From contig JAFUXF010000004.1 of assembly GCA_017477185.1 (NCBI GenBank), positions 53,132 through 117,131 on the forward strand: a stretch of 64,000 nt of DNA, given 5' to 3'. Both the position numbers and the translations under genes were made by a program. Each line of letters opens with the position of its first letter. The first letter of the stretch is position 1. Of this stretch, positions 26,669 through 36,436 are shown one piece after another. The DNA comes from Alphaproteobacteria bacterium. GTDB taxonomy: Bacteria; Pseudomonadota; Alphaproteobacteria; RF32; CAG-239. The notes beneath the pieces are model-generated. The model ran no database searches. It had not been told where the DNA came from and saw nothing but the letters and a program-made list of their open reading frames with translations.

Positions 26669-28222
26669 TTAAATAATGCCGCTGCCGCCCTCAAAGCGTA
26701 AGCCGGTATCATACCATAATATTGAATTTCCTCTTGTCTTTGTCTTAAAGACAATACTTACCTTAAAGCCTGTCGCTGAAATGGCAATCCATTGGCTTCT
26801 TGGTGTTCCTCTAAAACACGCCCATTTTGTCCCGGATGGATGAGCTAACGAACTCCATTTTGCTTTATTCCATAGCGTTCTTTCTGCACTATCGTCAATG
26901 TTATATAAATAATTAAGATTTCTATCATTATAATCCACATTCAAATAAGTAGTTAATCCATAAGGTGTAAAAGATGATGTTCTAGGATTAAGCATCTGAA
27001 CACGTTTTAAATTAGGAGTTCCTAAATTTGTATAGGCCTGTTCTACATGGCCAACAATTGGCATTGTTTGGTCAGAATATCCGTCATCATAGCGATAAAC
27101 GCCATTCCTCCCTCCAAAATAAATATAATCATTAAAAAGCGACCAACATCTGGAATCTATTCCGGTAAATCTGCACCATGCCCCGGTATTCAGATTAACA
27201 ACGTGTTGTTCATATGAGACATTATAAGGAACGTTAAATATCGCGTAACCGCCGCGACCATAAATTATCCCTTGCCAACCATCTTTTTGTTTACTGTATT
27301 TCGTTCTATCGAGTACCAAATTTCTAATTTTATCACTAAATGCTACTTGACTTGCATTTGCTTGGCCTAACGGTAAAGTTCTGGATAATGGCAAATAGCC
27401 ATCGACGGTAATAACGATTATATCACCCTGATAGGGCATAATACAATTATAGCCTATCGGTTTACTGATTTTATAGGATCCTCTCAACGACCAATTAGCC
27501 GCATTGTCAGGATCATAACCGGAATAAACTAATGCTTCTCCCTCAGATGTTAAGAAAACTGTTAAATCATCAATTCCTTGACCGCCGTCTTGTGTCCAAT
27601 TCGCAATAGCAACCAAATGTCCGCCAAACCGTGCAACTTGTGAAAGATCAAAGGCTTTTAGTGTTCCGGACACATCACCGGCAGTTGATGAGTACCAAAT
27701 TTTTAATGTCCCAGCCTCGATAAACCAAACGCGAGATTTTGAAACACCACCGGAAACAATTTTTTCATCTGTTAAATTTATTCCGGAGAATCCCCAATTT
27801 TCAAGAATTGGCTCAGAAACGCCCAAATAAAAAACCTTTGGCACATCTTGACCATTCATAAAAAATAATCTGTCTCTATACTGAAATGTTTGACAATAAG
27901 ATTTAGTGAACATCACATTATCATACTTTTCAGCTTCTGCTGCTGAAACATCATAACAATATTCGCCGGCAATAGCCAATAAATAATTTCTGACATCGCT
28001 TTTGTATTCGACTAAAGTTTTAACTTCTTCATTTAATTCTGACCATAAAGTATAACCTGTCCTGAGCGTAACTTTTGTATCTCCTGGGTAATAATTATCC
28101 ATAACAATAGCATCTTCCGGCGACATCGTGTCTAAACTATCCCGAGCATTTAAGCCACCCATTGGCGCCGGAATAGTTATATTGACAGATTTATTCGCAC
28201 GATTGACATTCCGTTGCTGCAT
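26669..28222 (-). CDS. putative tail (tubular/nozzle-type) structural protein
   Basis: 517-aa beta-rich sequence. Function inferred from its position downstream of the capsid genes. Confidence 0.3.
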   Translation of the reverse strand: MQQRNVNRANKSVNITIPAPMGGLNARDSLDTMSPEDAIVMDNYYPGDTKVTLRTGYTLWSELNEEVKTLVEYKSDVRNYLLAIAGEYCYDVSAAEAEKYDNVMFTKSYCQTFQYRDRLFFMNGQDVPKVFYLGVSEPILENWGFSGINLTDEKIVSGGVSKSRVWFIEAGTLKIWYSSTAGDVSGTLKAFDLSQVARFGGHLVAIANWTQDGGQGIDDLTVFLTSEGEALVYSGYDPDNAANWSLRGSYKISKPIGYNCIMPYQGDIIVITVDGYLPLSRTLPLGQANASQVAFSDKIRNLVLDRTKYSKQKDGWQGIIYGRGGYAIFNVPYNVSYEQHVVNLNTGAWCRFTGIDSRCWSLFNDYIYFGGRNGVYRYDDGYSDQTMPIVGHVEQAYTNLGTPNLKRVQMLNPRTSSFTPYGLTTYLNVDYNDRNLNYLYNIDDSAERTLWNKAKWSSLAHPSGTKWACFRGTPRSQWIAISATGFKVSIVFKTKTRGNSILWYDTGLRFEGGSGII

Positions 28223-28919
28223 GAATGTAAACTCCTCCTAAATCGTTGCCATCGAATAAATTTCCGGCCAAATTAATGTCTTGTGCTGCTCTTTCCGTTC
28301 CAAAAGTTCTATTTAAGGCTCTTTCATAAGAGTTAAATTCCTCTTGGTAATCCATGCCATTACGCCGCAACCACCGCCAATAAACTCCTTTTTTGACTAG
28401 ATTATCATCAAAAATCGGAATATCTGTGTTTTTTGTAAATTCTGACTTTTCTTCATAACCTCGCGTTGGATCATAAACAATTGCATTAGAACGGTACATA
28501 AATACAATTTTATAATTACCTTTTGGCAAAGATAAGAAACGCAAGCGGCCGTTTTGGAATAAAAATTTAATATCCAAAGACGGACAATTAAAAACTTTCT
28601 CTTTCAAATAATGTTCTGGCGTGATTGAACCGACAATCTTTTCTTGTGTGTCCTTAATATAAACAGTTTCATTCATTAAACTGTAAAAATCATCGCAAAA
28701 CTCTTTAATATTATAGTCTTTTTGGCTGCAATTTGTGACAATTTCTCCTTGTCTAATACTATCGCGCCAATCGCCATATTCCAGAAGATCATCTAAAGTT
28801 TCGATTGCGGTACTCTTAAAAATATTTTCGTGTTCAGATTGTCCGGAGAATAAATCTTTCGGACGAGCGACTGCCGCCATATCAGCCACTTCCTGACAAA
28901 TTTCAAGAATATTTTTCAT
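28191..28919 (-). CDS. putative head-tail adaptor/tail structural protein
   Basis: Start at MKNILEICQ (GAGGG RBS). Function inferred from position only. Confidence 0.3.
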   Translation of the reverse strand: MKNILEICQEVADMAAVARPKDLFSGQSEHENIFKSTAIETLDDLLEYGDWRDSIRQGEIVTNCSQKDYNIKEFCDDFYSLMNETVYIKDTQEKIVGSITPEHYLKEKVFNCPSLDIKFLFQNGRLRFLSLPKGNYKIVFMYRSNAIVYDPTRGYEEKSEFTKNTDIPIFDDNLVKKGVYWRWLRRNGMDYQEEFNSYERALNRTFGTERAAQDINLAGNLFDGNDLGGVYIHAATECQSCE

Positions 28920-28991
28920 GTAAACCCTCATAAAAAAACAAGTGAGCCTCCCCACTCCCAAAAGAGGCCCATAATAAAAACAGTTTAGTTT

Positions 28992-29642
28992 TTATTTTTT
29001 TGATGTTTTAGCCTTTTCATTTTCAGCGACTAAGGCTTCAAATTCGGCTTTTCCTTTTGCTAATTCTGAACTTAAAGCCTCAATTTTAGCAGATTTTTCT
29101 GCTAATTCGGCTGTCAATTTAGCAATTTCTTCCTTTGCTTTTTCAATTTCAGCCTTATATTCAGCTTCTTTTTTTTCAAAATCAGCAATAGCACCATTAT
29201 TCTTACTTACTTCTAAGAATTTAACGGCAAGTTTCTTTTCTCGAGCAAGATTTAATTCGATAGCCTTGTCATCTTCCAAACTGGCCAAGGCTTCAACCGT
29301 AAAAATACCGCGATATTTCAAACTTTCAATTTCTGCCGTTGTTAAAAAAGCAAATTGTGACAATTCGTGTCCCTCTGTTACTTGTTTTCTGCCTAATTGA
29401 TAGCGAGCATATTCAATCGGAAATCTTTTTATCTTTTCTTCTGTCGCCGGCTGATTAAAAATATCGGTAGTATTATCAGCAAAACGAATTTCAATGTAAG
29501 TCACATTCTTAAATACCGGCAAGCCTTTTTCATTAACTTCGTTTGTTTTAACGGCTTTATCATAAAAACGAGCAAAACAACCATCATTCGGATTGTCTTG
29601 TTTAATCATTTTTTGAAATGTTGAAAAATCAATATCATCCAT
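28992..29642 (-). CDS. virion-associated protein with a C-terminal coiled coil
   Basis: 216 aa immediately after the capsid gene. The tail is KAEIEKAKEEIAKLTAELAEK-type. Confidence 0.35.
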   Translation of the reverse strand: MDDIDFSTFQKMIKQDNPNDGCFARFYDKAVKTNEVNEKGLPVFKNVTYIEIRFADNTTDIFNQPATEEKIKRFPIEYARYQLGRKQVTEGHELSQFAFLTTAEIESLKYRGIFTVEALASLEDDKAIELNLAREKKLAVKFLEVSKNNGAIADFEKKEAEYKAEIEKAKEEIAKLTAELAEKSAKIEALSSELAKGKAEFEALVAENEKAKTSKK

Positions 29643-29702
29643 ATTTATAATCCTTTCAAAAAGAATACAGAGGGATAAATTCCCTCTGTATTTTCAGTTT
29701 AA

Positions 29703-30659
29703 TTAAGCATCAATCAAGACACCTTGCATTTCTGCGTTGCTCAATGTCATATTGCCGGCCCAACCAATAATGCGGTACATAGCATCTTGATTTACAGCCA
29801 AACGATCGCCACCAACAACTTCCATATTTCTATCTTTGTGAGGACGCAGATAGAGATATTTTGTATTCAAGAAATACATATGCTTATCAGGACAATGATC
29901 GCCCTCAAAAATAACAGGAGCAGATTTGAATTTTAAGTTTTCAAATCCGGCTTCGGCTAATTTTGGATCAGTAAAGCGTTGAAGTTGTGTCAATGAATTG
30001 TCAAACAAAGAATACATATCATTGCTTGCAACAATTACATCAGGACGCTCTGAATTGCGGCATAATTTCAACCACATATCATTCATGTGTTTGCCGATTG
30101 TTTGAACGGTCAACGCAGATGAGGCTGTAATTGATTTGTTACGCCAAAATTCATTTCCACTTGTTGCACGGTTAATCCCGCCGATAGTACCGCTTGTTGG
30201 ATCATCAGCGACCAATAATTTCAAACCGCCGATTTCCTTACCGCTTGAGCCTGTACCATCGCTAAATAAAGCAGCAGACAATTTATTTTTCATTGTTTTG
30301 AAAGCGTTTTCAACGCGCTTATCAAACAAATTGATAGCCCGCTCTTTTCCAGCGTTTTTCAACAAGTCCTCTCCGGAAATAGCAACCGGAACAGCACATA
30401 ATTTCAATGCATATTCGGCAGCCGTAAAGAGTTGTTTAGGGCTGTAAGTAATGGAATCGTAACCAGAATACCAAGATAAATCGCCCTCTCCGTATTCTAA
30501 TTCTTCCAAAATTTTAGAACCACCATCAATCGTTTTAATATTGCCATGGTTTTTCATAAATGTTAACAACGCGTTGTTTTCTGAAACGTTATCGGCCAAA
30601 GTTTTGGTACGATTTTTCAGCGTTGTCGTAAAAATATCATTATAATCGCTATTCGGCAT
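29703..30659 (-). CDS. major capsid protein
   Basis: 318 aa following the scaffold gene. Contains GGINRATSGNEFWRN and a C-terminal GWAGN..L motif resembling phage coat proteins. Confidence 0.65.
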   Translation of the reverse strand: MPNSDYNDIFTTTLKNRTKTLADNVSENNALLTFMKNHGNIKTIDGGSKILEELEYGEGDLSWYSGYDSITYSPKQLFTAAEYALKLCAVPVAISGEDLLKNAGKERAINLFDKRVENAFKTMKNKLSAALFSDGTGSSGKEIGGLKLLVADDPTSGTIGGINRATSGNEFWRNKSITASSALTVQTIGKHMNDMWLKLCRNSERPDVIVASNDMYSLFDNSLTQLQRFTDPKLAEAGFENLKFKSAPVIFEGDHCPDKHMYFLNTKYLYLRPHKDRNMEVVGGDRLAVNQDAMYRIIGWAGNMTLSNAEMQGVLIDA

Positions 30660-30683
30660 TATAATACTCCTTAAAGTTATTCA

Positions 30684-31538
30684 TTAAACAATATTGTGTT
30701 TAGCAAACTCCCTCTCTAAGATTTCACGAGTTGTCAAACCGCTATAATCCGGAGAGGCTTTGCTCTTTGGATCAAAACCGGCGGCAGCAGCTTTTGACGC
30801 CTCAACGGTTTTATTTTTCAATTCTGCCTCGATTAACTTTGAACGAACTTCCGGATTTAACCAGATAGCCTGATCATAGGCATCTTTCACATTCTTAGCC
30901 GAACCGGAATTGAGCAACTGGCCCATAATTCCCTTAACAGCTTCAAAATGCGGATGTACGGAATTGCCTTGATCATCTTTTTCATTAACAAAATCTTGAA
31001 TGGCTTGCATTGCAGCGTTTTGCTGCTGATTGGCCAAATATTGAGCTAATGTGTTAGTCCGTTCTTCCATTAAGGCCAATTTCTGAGAAACTGGATCTGA
31101 GGCAGAATTTTCTGTTTGTGGATCAGCATCAAAATTGACATTATAGCTTTTTGCTAAACTCTTAATGATTGTTGTTGGATCGTTATTCAGCATATCATAA
31201 AATTTTGCTAAATCCCCAATCCAAGCCTGCGGATTATTATATCCGGAACGGCTTAACGACTCTTTTCTCGAGTTATAAGCATCATCAATCCATTTTTGCT
31301 GACTTTTGTATTTGCTGAATCCTTGCTCGGTTTCTTTTTCCCTTTGATGCAGATATTTCCGCATTTCGGGCGGTAAAGTCTTAAAAGTTTCAGCATATTC
31401 TTTTGCATAACTTGCAGGAGCGGTCAAATATTCATCAACGGTTGAGCCGTTTTCGTTAATTTGTTCTCCATTGTTTCCGGACGTTTGATTTCCCTCATTG
31501 GGCGGCGTCATCTGTCCGTTTTGTTCGTTTTCATTCAT
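30684..31538 (-). CDS. scaffolding protein
   Basis: 284 aa, acidic and helical, with a low-complexity N-terminus. Lies between the portal and capsid genes. Confidence 0.5.
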   Translation of the reverse strand: MNENEQNGQMTPPNEGNQTSGNNGEQINENGSTVDEYLTAPASYAKEYAETFKTLPPEMRKYLHQREKETEQGFSKYKSQQKWIDDAYNSRKESLSRSGYNNPQAWIGDLAKFYDMLNNDPTTIIKSLAKSYNVNFDADPQTENSASDPVSQKLALMEERTNTLAQYLANQQQNAAMQAIQDFVNEKDDQGNSVHPHFEAVKGIMGQLLNSGSAKNVKDAYDQAIWLNPEVRSKLIEAELKNKTVEASKAAAAGFDPKSKASPDYSGLTTREILEREFAKHNIV

Positions 31539-31740
31539 TCCATATCATCCTTTTGTAATTATTTAAAAATTCAGCCCAAAGGCTATCCCTTTGAGCTTTT
31601 TCTTTCCGAGCATTGACATTTTGTCGGTATCGCTCGGAATAATCCTGAGCTAAAGCACAACCGCTCCGGCTCAGAAACTTATCAACATCTGCCGTACATT
31701 CAGCAATTGAGCCGTCCGGCAGTTCAAATGCATTAAACAT
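31531..31740 (-). CDS. hypothetical small phage protein
   Basis: 69-aa ORF that overlaps the scaffold gene start. Confidence 0.4.
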   Translation of the reverse strand: MFNAFELPDGSIAECTADVDKFLSRSGCALAQDYSERYRQNVNARKEKAQRDSLWAEFLNNYKRMIWNE

Positions 31741-31756
31741 CTTTAGTTATCCTTTC

Positions 31757-33676
31757 TTATTGAAAAGGCGGGACATAACCGGTCGTAATGTTTGCATCAG
31801 ACTTTTTATTACCCATAAGATTTTGCTCATGCTTCAAAGCAACTTGTGCCTGAATTTCATTTTGAGTAAGCATAACTTTGTTTTGTTCGGATTGAGCTTT
31901 AATATCAATCTCACGAGCTTTCAAAGCGTTTTGCTCTTTCTTTATCTCAAAGTCTTGAGCGTTTTTCTGTGCATCCTGCTGTAATTTAGCCATAACAGGG
32001 TTAGGTTGCTCAAGTTTAGGTTGCATAATTTGATTTTGCAGATTTTGAAACGTGCTATCAATAACGCCATCAAATTGACGTGCAGACGGTAAACCGGAAA
32101 CGACGGCAGCAACCATTTGTTTATATAAAGGCAATAAAGCAGGTTGCGCTTGAATAACCGGAACAGCCTTATCCATAAACTCGCCTATCAATTTAACGGT
32201 TTCAATGTTTCTTTCATTTTCGGCAAGCTGATTAAAGGCCGTATCTGTTTCAATACCAAGCGTTAAATCTCTTAATTTATCATGTTTTAAGAGAGCTATT
32301 GCTTGCATAAAAGTATTTGAATCTATATCCATATTTGCAGCAATACTTTTCCAAGTTTCCTCAGAGAAATGCTCGCAAATAATTTCCGCTTTAATTCTAA
32401 GCAAATCAGTAATAAAGCGCTGCATATCGTTTTGCCGGTCCTGATTACGCAAAGATCCAAAGTTAGTCTTTTTCGTGACGGCTGTCGCGGTTTCATTAGG
32501 ATCAGAATTACCGCGCATTATATCGGAAATACCGGTAATCTCATATAATTGATTTTTCAATTCCTCTTTACGTTGGCTCAATATTTTTAAGGCTTCAAGA
32601 TATTGCTCAATCGGCATAAAATCTAAAATTCCCCTAATTCCGCCGGAATCCTTGAGTTTTTGAAAATCACTGACTGCAACTAAAGAAACATCTTTATTCA
32701 AGATGTTATAAAGCTCAGGAAACGACTTATCATAAGCACCGCTTACCTTTAAGGCTTTCATAATGAGCTTCATTCTATCCGTTACACCGTCAAATTCGTT
32801 CAAAATACTTTTGATTTCAGTATAATCGGGAACCGGAATAAGACTATTGTTTGTCAAAGTCGCAAAAATAGGTTTCGGGATTGGATAAAAGCCCTCAACA
32901 CCGAGAGGATCTTCATCAATTCTCAAAAAATCTCTTGGCGCTTCTTTTGATAACCAATAAATGACCTTTTCTTGCTTATCCCAAATCTTATAAACGCTTA
33001 TCGGCTTATCATCATAATCGATTTCATTATTAGAAACGATTAAATCTCTTACATTTTCGCCAAATGATTGAATAGCTTCTTTCTTTGTCATATACATCCG
33101 GCGAGCTATCCAAGAAACATCCTCCCAAATGCCGACTTTGTCATTATCAGCTATAAAATCAAGCGGATCAATATAGCTTGTAACGACTTTTTCATCGGTT
33201 TTAACTCTAACTTTTACAGTAATGCTCGGATCATTCGGATCGGTTGTTTCAATCTCTCCGAATCGCGGCTCGTATTTTTCCTCCAAAATACCACATCCGG
33301 AAATCAAAAAGTCATTTCGAGCATATTTAATAACGCTATCAAAGTCAAAACGCTTCAAATCCCATTGTAAGGCCTTGCCTAATAAACGAGCAGCCAAAGA
33401 ACTGACCGGATTTGTTGATTTATCGGCCAATTCAACATAAGGCCGGGGCTGTTTGAAATACAAAAACGGCTTTAATGTTTCAATATGGCTCCAAAAAATA
33501 TTATGCCGGGTAAATGTGCTGTTATCATTACGATAATATTCACGGATTTTCTTAACCAAATCATAATAAGGCTGATAATCTCTTTCAGCCTTACTTATTT
33601 TTTTAATCCACTTGGACACTTCCTCCGATCTGTCAATGGGCTGTTCAATTTTTACTATAACATTATTCATCAACAA
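31757..33676 (-). CDS. portal protein
   Basis: 639 aa between the terminase and scaffold genes. Called from size and position. Confidence 0.6.
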   Translation of the reverse strand: MLMNNVIVKIEQPIDRSEEVSKWIKKISKAERDYQPYYDLVKKIREYYRNDNSTFTRHNIFWSHIETLKPFLYFKQPRPYVELADKSTNPVSSLAARLLGKALQWDLKRFDFDSVIKYARNDFLISGCGILEEKYEPRFGEIETTDPNDPSITVKVRVKTDEKVVTSYIDPLDFIADNDKVGIWEDVSWIARRMYMTKKEAIQSFGENVRDLIVSNNEIDYDDKPISVYKIWDKQEKVIYWLSKEAPRDFLRIDEDPLGVEGFYPIPKPIFATLTNNSLIPVPDYTEIKSILNEFDGVTDRMKLIMKALKVSGAYDKSFPELYNILNKDVSLVAVSDFQKLKDSGGIRGILDFMPIEQYLEALKILSQRKEELKNQLYEITGISDIMRGNSDPNETATAVTKKTNFGSLRNQDRQNDMQRFITDLLRIKAEIICEHFSEETWKSIAANMDIDSNTFMQAIALLKHDKLRDLTLGIETDTAFNQLAENERNIETVKLIGEFMDKAVPVIQAQPALLPLYKQMVAAVVSGLPSARQFDGVIDSTFQNLQNQIMQPKLEQPNPVMAKLQQDAQKNAQDFEIKKEQNALKAREIDIKAQSEQNKVMLTQNEIQAQVALKHEQNLMGNKKSDANITTGYVPPFQ

Positions 33677-33929
33677 ATACTCCTAAAAGGGAACGCTCGC
33701 GAACAATAACGACTTCCGGATCATAACTCGGCAGCTCATCAAAAATATGAAATAAAACCTTATCGCCAACTTTCACGCTCCGGACATCCGGACCGATACT
33801 TTCAACGACACCGATTGTTTTTTCATCTTCATGGTTATCGGTTAAAATAATTCCGCCCTCTGTATGCTCTTTTTTCTTTTCCAAGCGGATAAAAACACGA
33901 TCCATAATCGCGTTAATGTGTTTTACCAT
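33663..33929 (-). CDS. GroES/Cpn10-like co-chaperonin
   Basis: DRVFIRLEKKKEHTEGGIILT...GVVESIGPDVRSVKVGDKVLF aligns by eye with the GroES pattern DRV.V...E..T.GGI.L....G.V.AVG....VKVGD.V.F. Confidence 0.65.
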   Translation of the reverse strand: MVKHINAIMDRVFIRLEKKKEHTEGGIILTDNHEDEKTIGVVESIGPDVRSVKVGDKVLFHIFDELPSYDPEVVIVRERSLLGVFVDE

Positions 33930-35251
33930 CCAATATCACTCCTATTGCTTTGGTTAAATAAACTTTCAATTGTAACTTGGCCATTTCCGTACATTGACGG
34001 CTTGCCAACATCAAAAACAGGCTCAGCAAATGTTAAAACAAAAGCATCGCCTTTATCCGGGCTTCGACCAATTCTTTCGCGAACATTTTCTTTTTCTTCC
34101 AATTTCAAACGTCCGCGATGATCATACCCCTTTTCAACTGCGCATAAATCGCCGGATAATTCGTCATCATCTGGAATTTGAACCGGTAATTCTTGCCTTA
34201 ACCATTCGTTAGCCTCGCCCCACATTTCAGCTCTTTTATTGGCATATCTATCCTCAAGCATAGCTTTTCCGCCAAAGTTAATGCCTCTGATAATTTCGCC
34301 AAAACCTCGATCGCGTAAAATATCATAAACACCGGCACCCTGACCGCCGACATCAAGAAATATCCTATGCGGACGATCTTCTTTAATAATCCCGGTCAAA
34401 ATATTGGCCACTTGAACATTATCAAGAAAGCTATGTGCTTCCAATTTGTAACACCAACGGCCTTTTCGCCAACAAATAGCCGTTTTATCTTTACCATATC
34501 GAGCAATATCAACGCCGATAACTAATGGACTGCTTGAATTATCCATCTTGGGGACCATCGCGGCCTTGACATCTTTAGAACTTATGAGTTTTCGCTCGCC
34601 CTGAACTCTCGGCTCCCCTAACCAAACGTGCAAATAATCATCATAATTCTGCTCTTTGCACTTGGCCGCTTGAGTTTTTAACTCCTCCGGACAAAACGGA
34701 TTATCACAATAATTTACCTTAACAACCAACGTCCGGTCATCCGGAGCGGCCCCCAAACTTTTCCAAATAGGATCGTTTTCTTCCTCTCTGTTCATGGAAA
34801 TCCAAATTTCAGATCCATCTTTACGAATTGTCGGATCTAAAATTTCCCATGACTTCCGGGAAATGGTTTGAGCTTCTTCAATCCACGCAATATCAACACC
34901 CTCAAGAGATTTTATCTTTTGAGCATCTTGATCGCGCAAACCTTTGAAAATAAACTTCGTCCCGGTTGCAATATTTTCTATTCTGTCGCTGTATATCTTA
35001 TAATCTTCAAATTGATTGTAAGAAATACGATCACAAAGCAGCTTATAAACGGAATCCGTTATCGATTCCTGAATTTCACGAACACAAGCAATAAATAACT
35101 TCTCTGTCCGGCCTTTTACCAATAAACAATCGGCAAAAGCGAAAGATTTACCGCCACCGCGACCGCCATAAAATAGTTTATAGCGTTTCTTCTCCATCAG
35201 AAGCGGCCGGAATATCGTTGCTATTTGTATCTCCACTCGTTCCATCGACAA
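33923..35251 (-). CDS. terL: terminase large subunit
   Basis: Walker A YGGRGGGKSFA, preceded by FRPLL..KRYK. Confidence 0.85.
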   Translation of the reverse strand: MSMERVEIQIATIFRPLLMEKKRYKLFYGGRGGGKSFAFADCLLVKGRTEKLFIACVREIQESITDSVYKLLCDRISYNQFEDYKIYSDRIENIATGTKFIFKGLRDQDAQKIKSLEGVDIAWIEEAQTISRKSWEILDPTIRKDGSEIWISMNREEENDPIWKSLGAAPDDRTLVVKVNYCDNPFCPEELKTQAAKCKEQNYDDYLHVWLGEPRVQGERKLISSKDVKAAMVPKMDNSSSPLVIGVDIARYGKDKTAICWRKGRWCYKLEAHSFLDNVQVANILTGIIKEDRPHRIFLDVGGQGAGVYDILRDRGFGEIIRGINFGGKAMLEDRYANKRAEMWGEANEWLRQELPVQIPDDDELSGDLCAVEKGYDHRGRLKLEEKENVRERIGRSPDKGDAFVLTFAEPVFDVGKPSMYGNGQVTIESLFNQSNRSDIGW

Positions 35252-35717
35252 ATTTAACCAATGCTTGTTTTAGTGTTAATGTTCCATCGTTGTGTTCTTG
35301 CCAAGTCTTTGAAAAGCTGTTTTTCAAAATAAAGTCGGCTTTATTACCGGGGACACCCTCAGCACATTGCCGAACCCAATATTCCTCCACCGCTGCCGTA
35401 TAGCCATCGACGAGGTACTTAAATCCTTTTTTCTTGCCGTAGTTATAAAATGTCGTTTTTGATATTCCGGCATAATTGCAAAAGGCTTCTAAAGTGACAG
35501 GATTAGGAATATTAGCCTTAACAACGCCGTTTTTTGTTATTTTTTCAATAACTCTATTCTCGGCCCATACTAAAAATTCCTCAATTTTAGCGAGCATTTC
35601 TTCTGGTTTATTAAATTTAACCGGCCGACCTCCTAAAAATCCGTATTTTCGCCGGATTTCAGCCAAAGTATCATCTTTTTCGACCTTTATTTCTCTTTTT
35701 TTCGCTGTTTTTACCAT
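35178..35717 (-). CDS. terS: terminase small subunit
   Basis: GGRPVKF...TLEAFCNYAGISKTTFYNY is an HTH typical of small terminases. Lies directly upstream of terL. Confidence 0.7.
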   Translation of the reverse strand: MVKTAKKREIKVEKDDTLAEIRRKYGFLGGRPVKFNKPEEMLAKIEEFLVWAENRVIEKITKNGVVKANIPNPVTLEAFCNYAGISKTTFYNYGKKKGFKYLVDGYTAAVEEYWVRQCAEGVPGNKADFILKNSFSKTWQEHNDGTLTLKQALVKFVDGTSGDTNSNDIPAASDGEETL

Positions 35718-35846
35718 TTAAACCCCTCTTAATGGCGCAAGGTTAACCTCTCGCAAGCCCTTATTTTCCTTGAACTTGCGGCAATATTTCAAAATTTCGC
35801 GCACGTTTTCGAGTAAAAAAACCTTGTAAAATCAATGTATTTACAT

Positions 35847-35877
35847 AAAAAGAACCGGCAGCCATACTGGCCACCGG
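35847..35877 (-). terminator. Rho-independent terminator between the regulator gene and terS
   Basis: Minus-strand stem ccgguggcc/ggcugccgg (two G-U pairs), loop aguau, then uucuuuuu. Confidence 0.55.
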
Positions 35878-36031
35878 CGGAAATTAGACTAGATATGTTC
35901 TCAAATTTCATATAATCCGAAAAGCAGCTCTTACACTTACTCCCCGTATTATACCAATTTTTATAACAAAAAAATGCAATTATGTAAAATGCTAAAGTGT
36001 AAAATGATGTAAAATATTTCCGTCTAAAATA

Positions 36032-36436
36032 TCATTTAGACAAAACAGAATTATTTTGATAAAGTGTCTCATATATTCTAAGCAAGGCTTTATTCATATA
36101 TAGATTAAGCATCTGCCGAGTAAAGTTCAAATTATATTCCAAAATCTTCCAAGGAATTGGCCGAGATTTTAACCGGGCATATAAAAGCTCTTTTTCAAAT
36201 TTATTAAGAAGCGGCAACCAATTCTCAACGACAAACCAACAATCGGTTATGTCATCCGGCGTTACGACTTCCCATTGAAGATCATCCGGAGAAACATTGT
36301 CATTATATTTCTGCATCATGCGCCAAATTCCGTTTTGAGCTAAGCCCGGACGTTTAGGCTCGGGGATAGAACGCATTGTCGCAATAAACCGGGCATATTC
36401 ATTTCGAACATCTTCAACAGTTTTGATTTTCAGCAT
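36032..36436 (-). CDS. putative late-gene regulator (activator/antiterminator-like)
   Basis: 134 aa. It is the last gene before the terminator and packaging genes. The C-terminal region FEKELLYARLKSRPIPWKILEYNLNFTRQMLNLYMNKALLRI looks HTH/sigma-region-4-like. Confidence 0.35.
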   Translation of the reverse strand: MLKIKTVEDVRNEYARFIATMRSIPEPKRPGLAQNGIWRMMQKYNDNVSPDDLQWEVVTPDDITDCWFVVENWLPLLNKFEKELLYARLKSRPIPWKILEYNLNFTRQMLNLYMNKALLRIYETLYQNNSVLSK

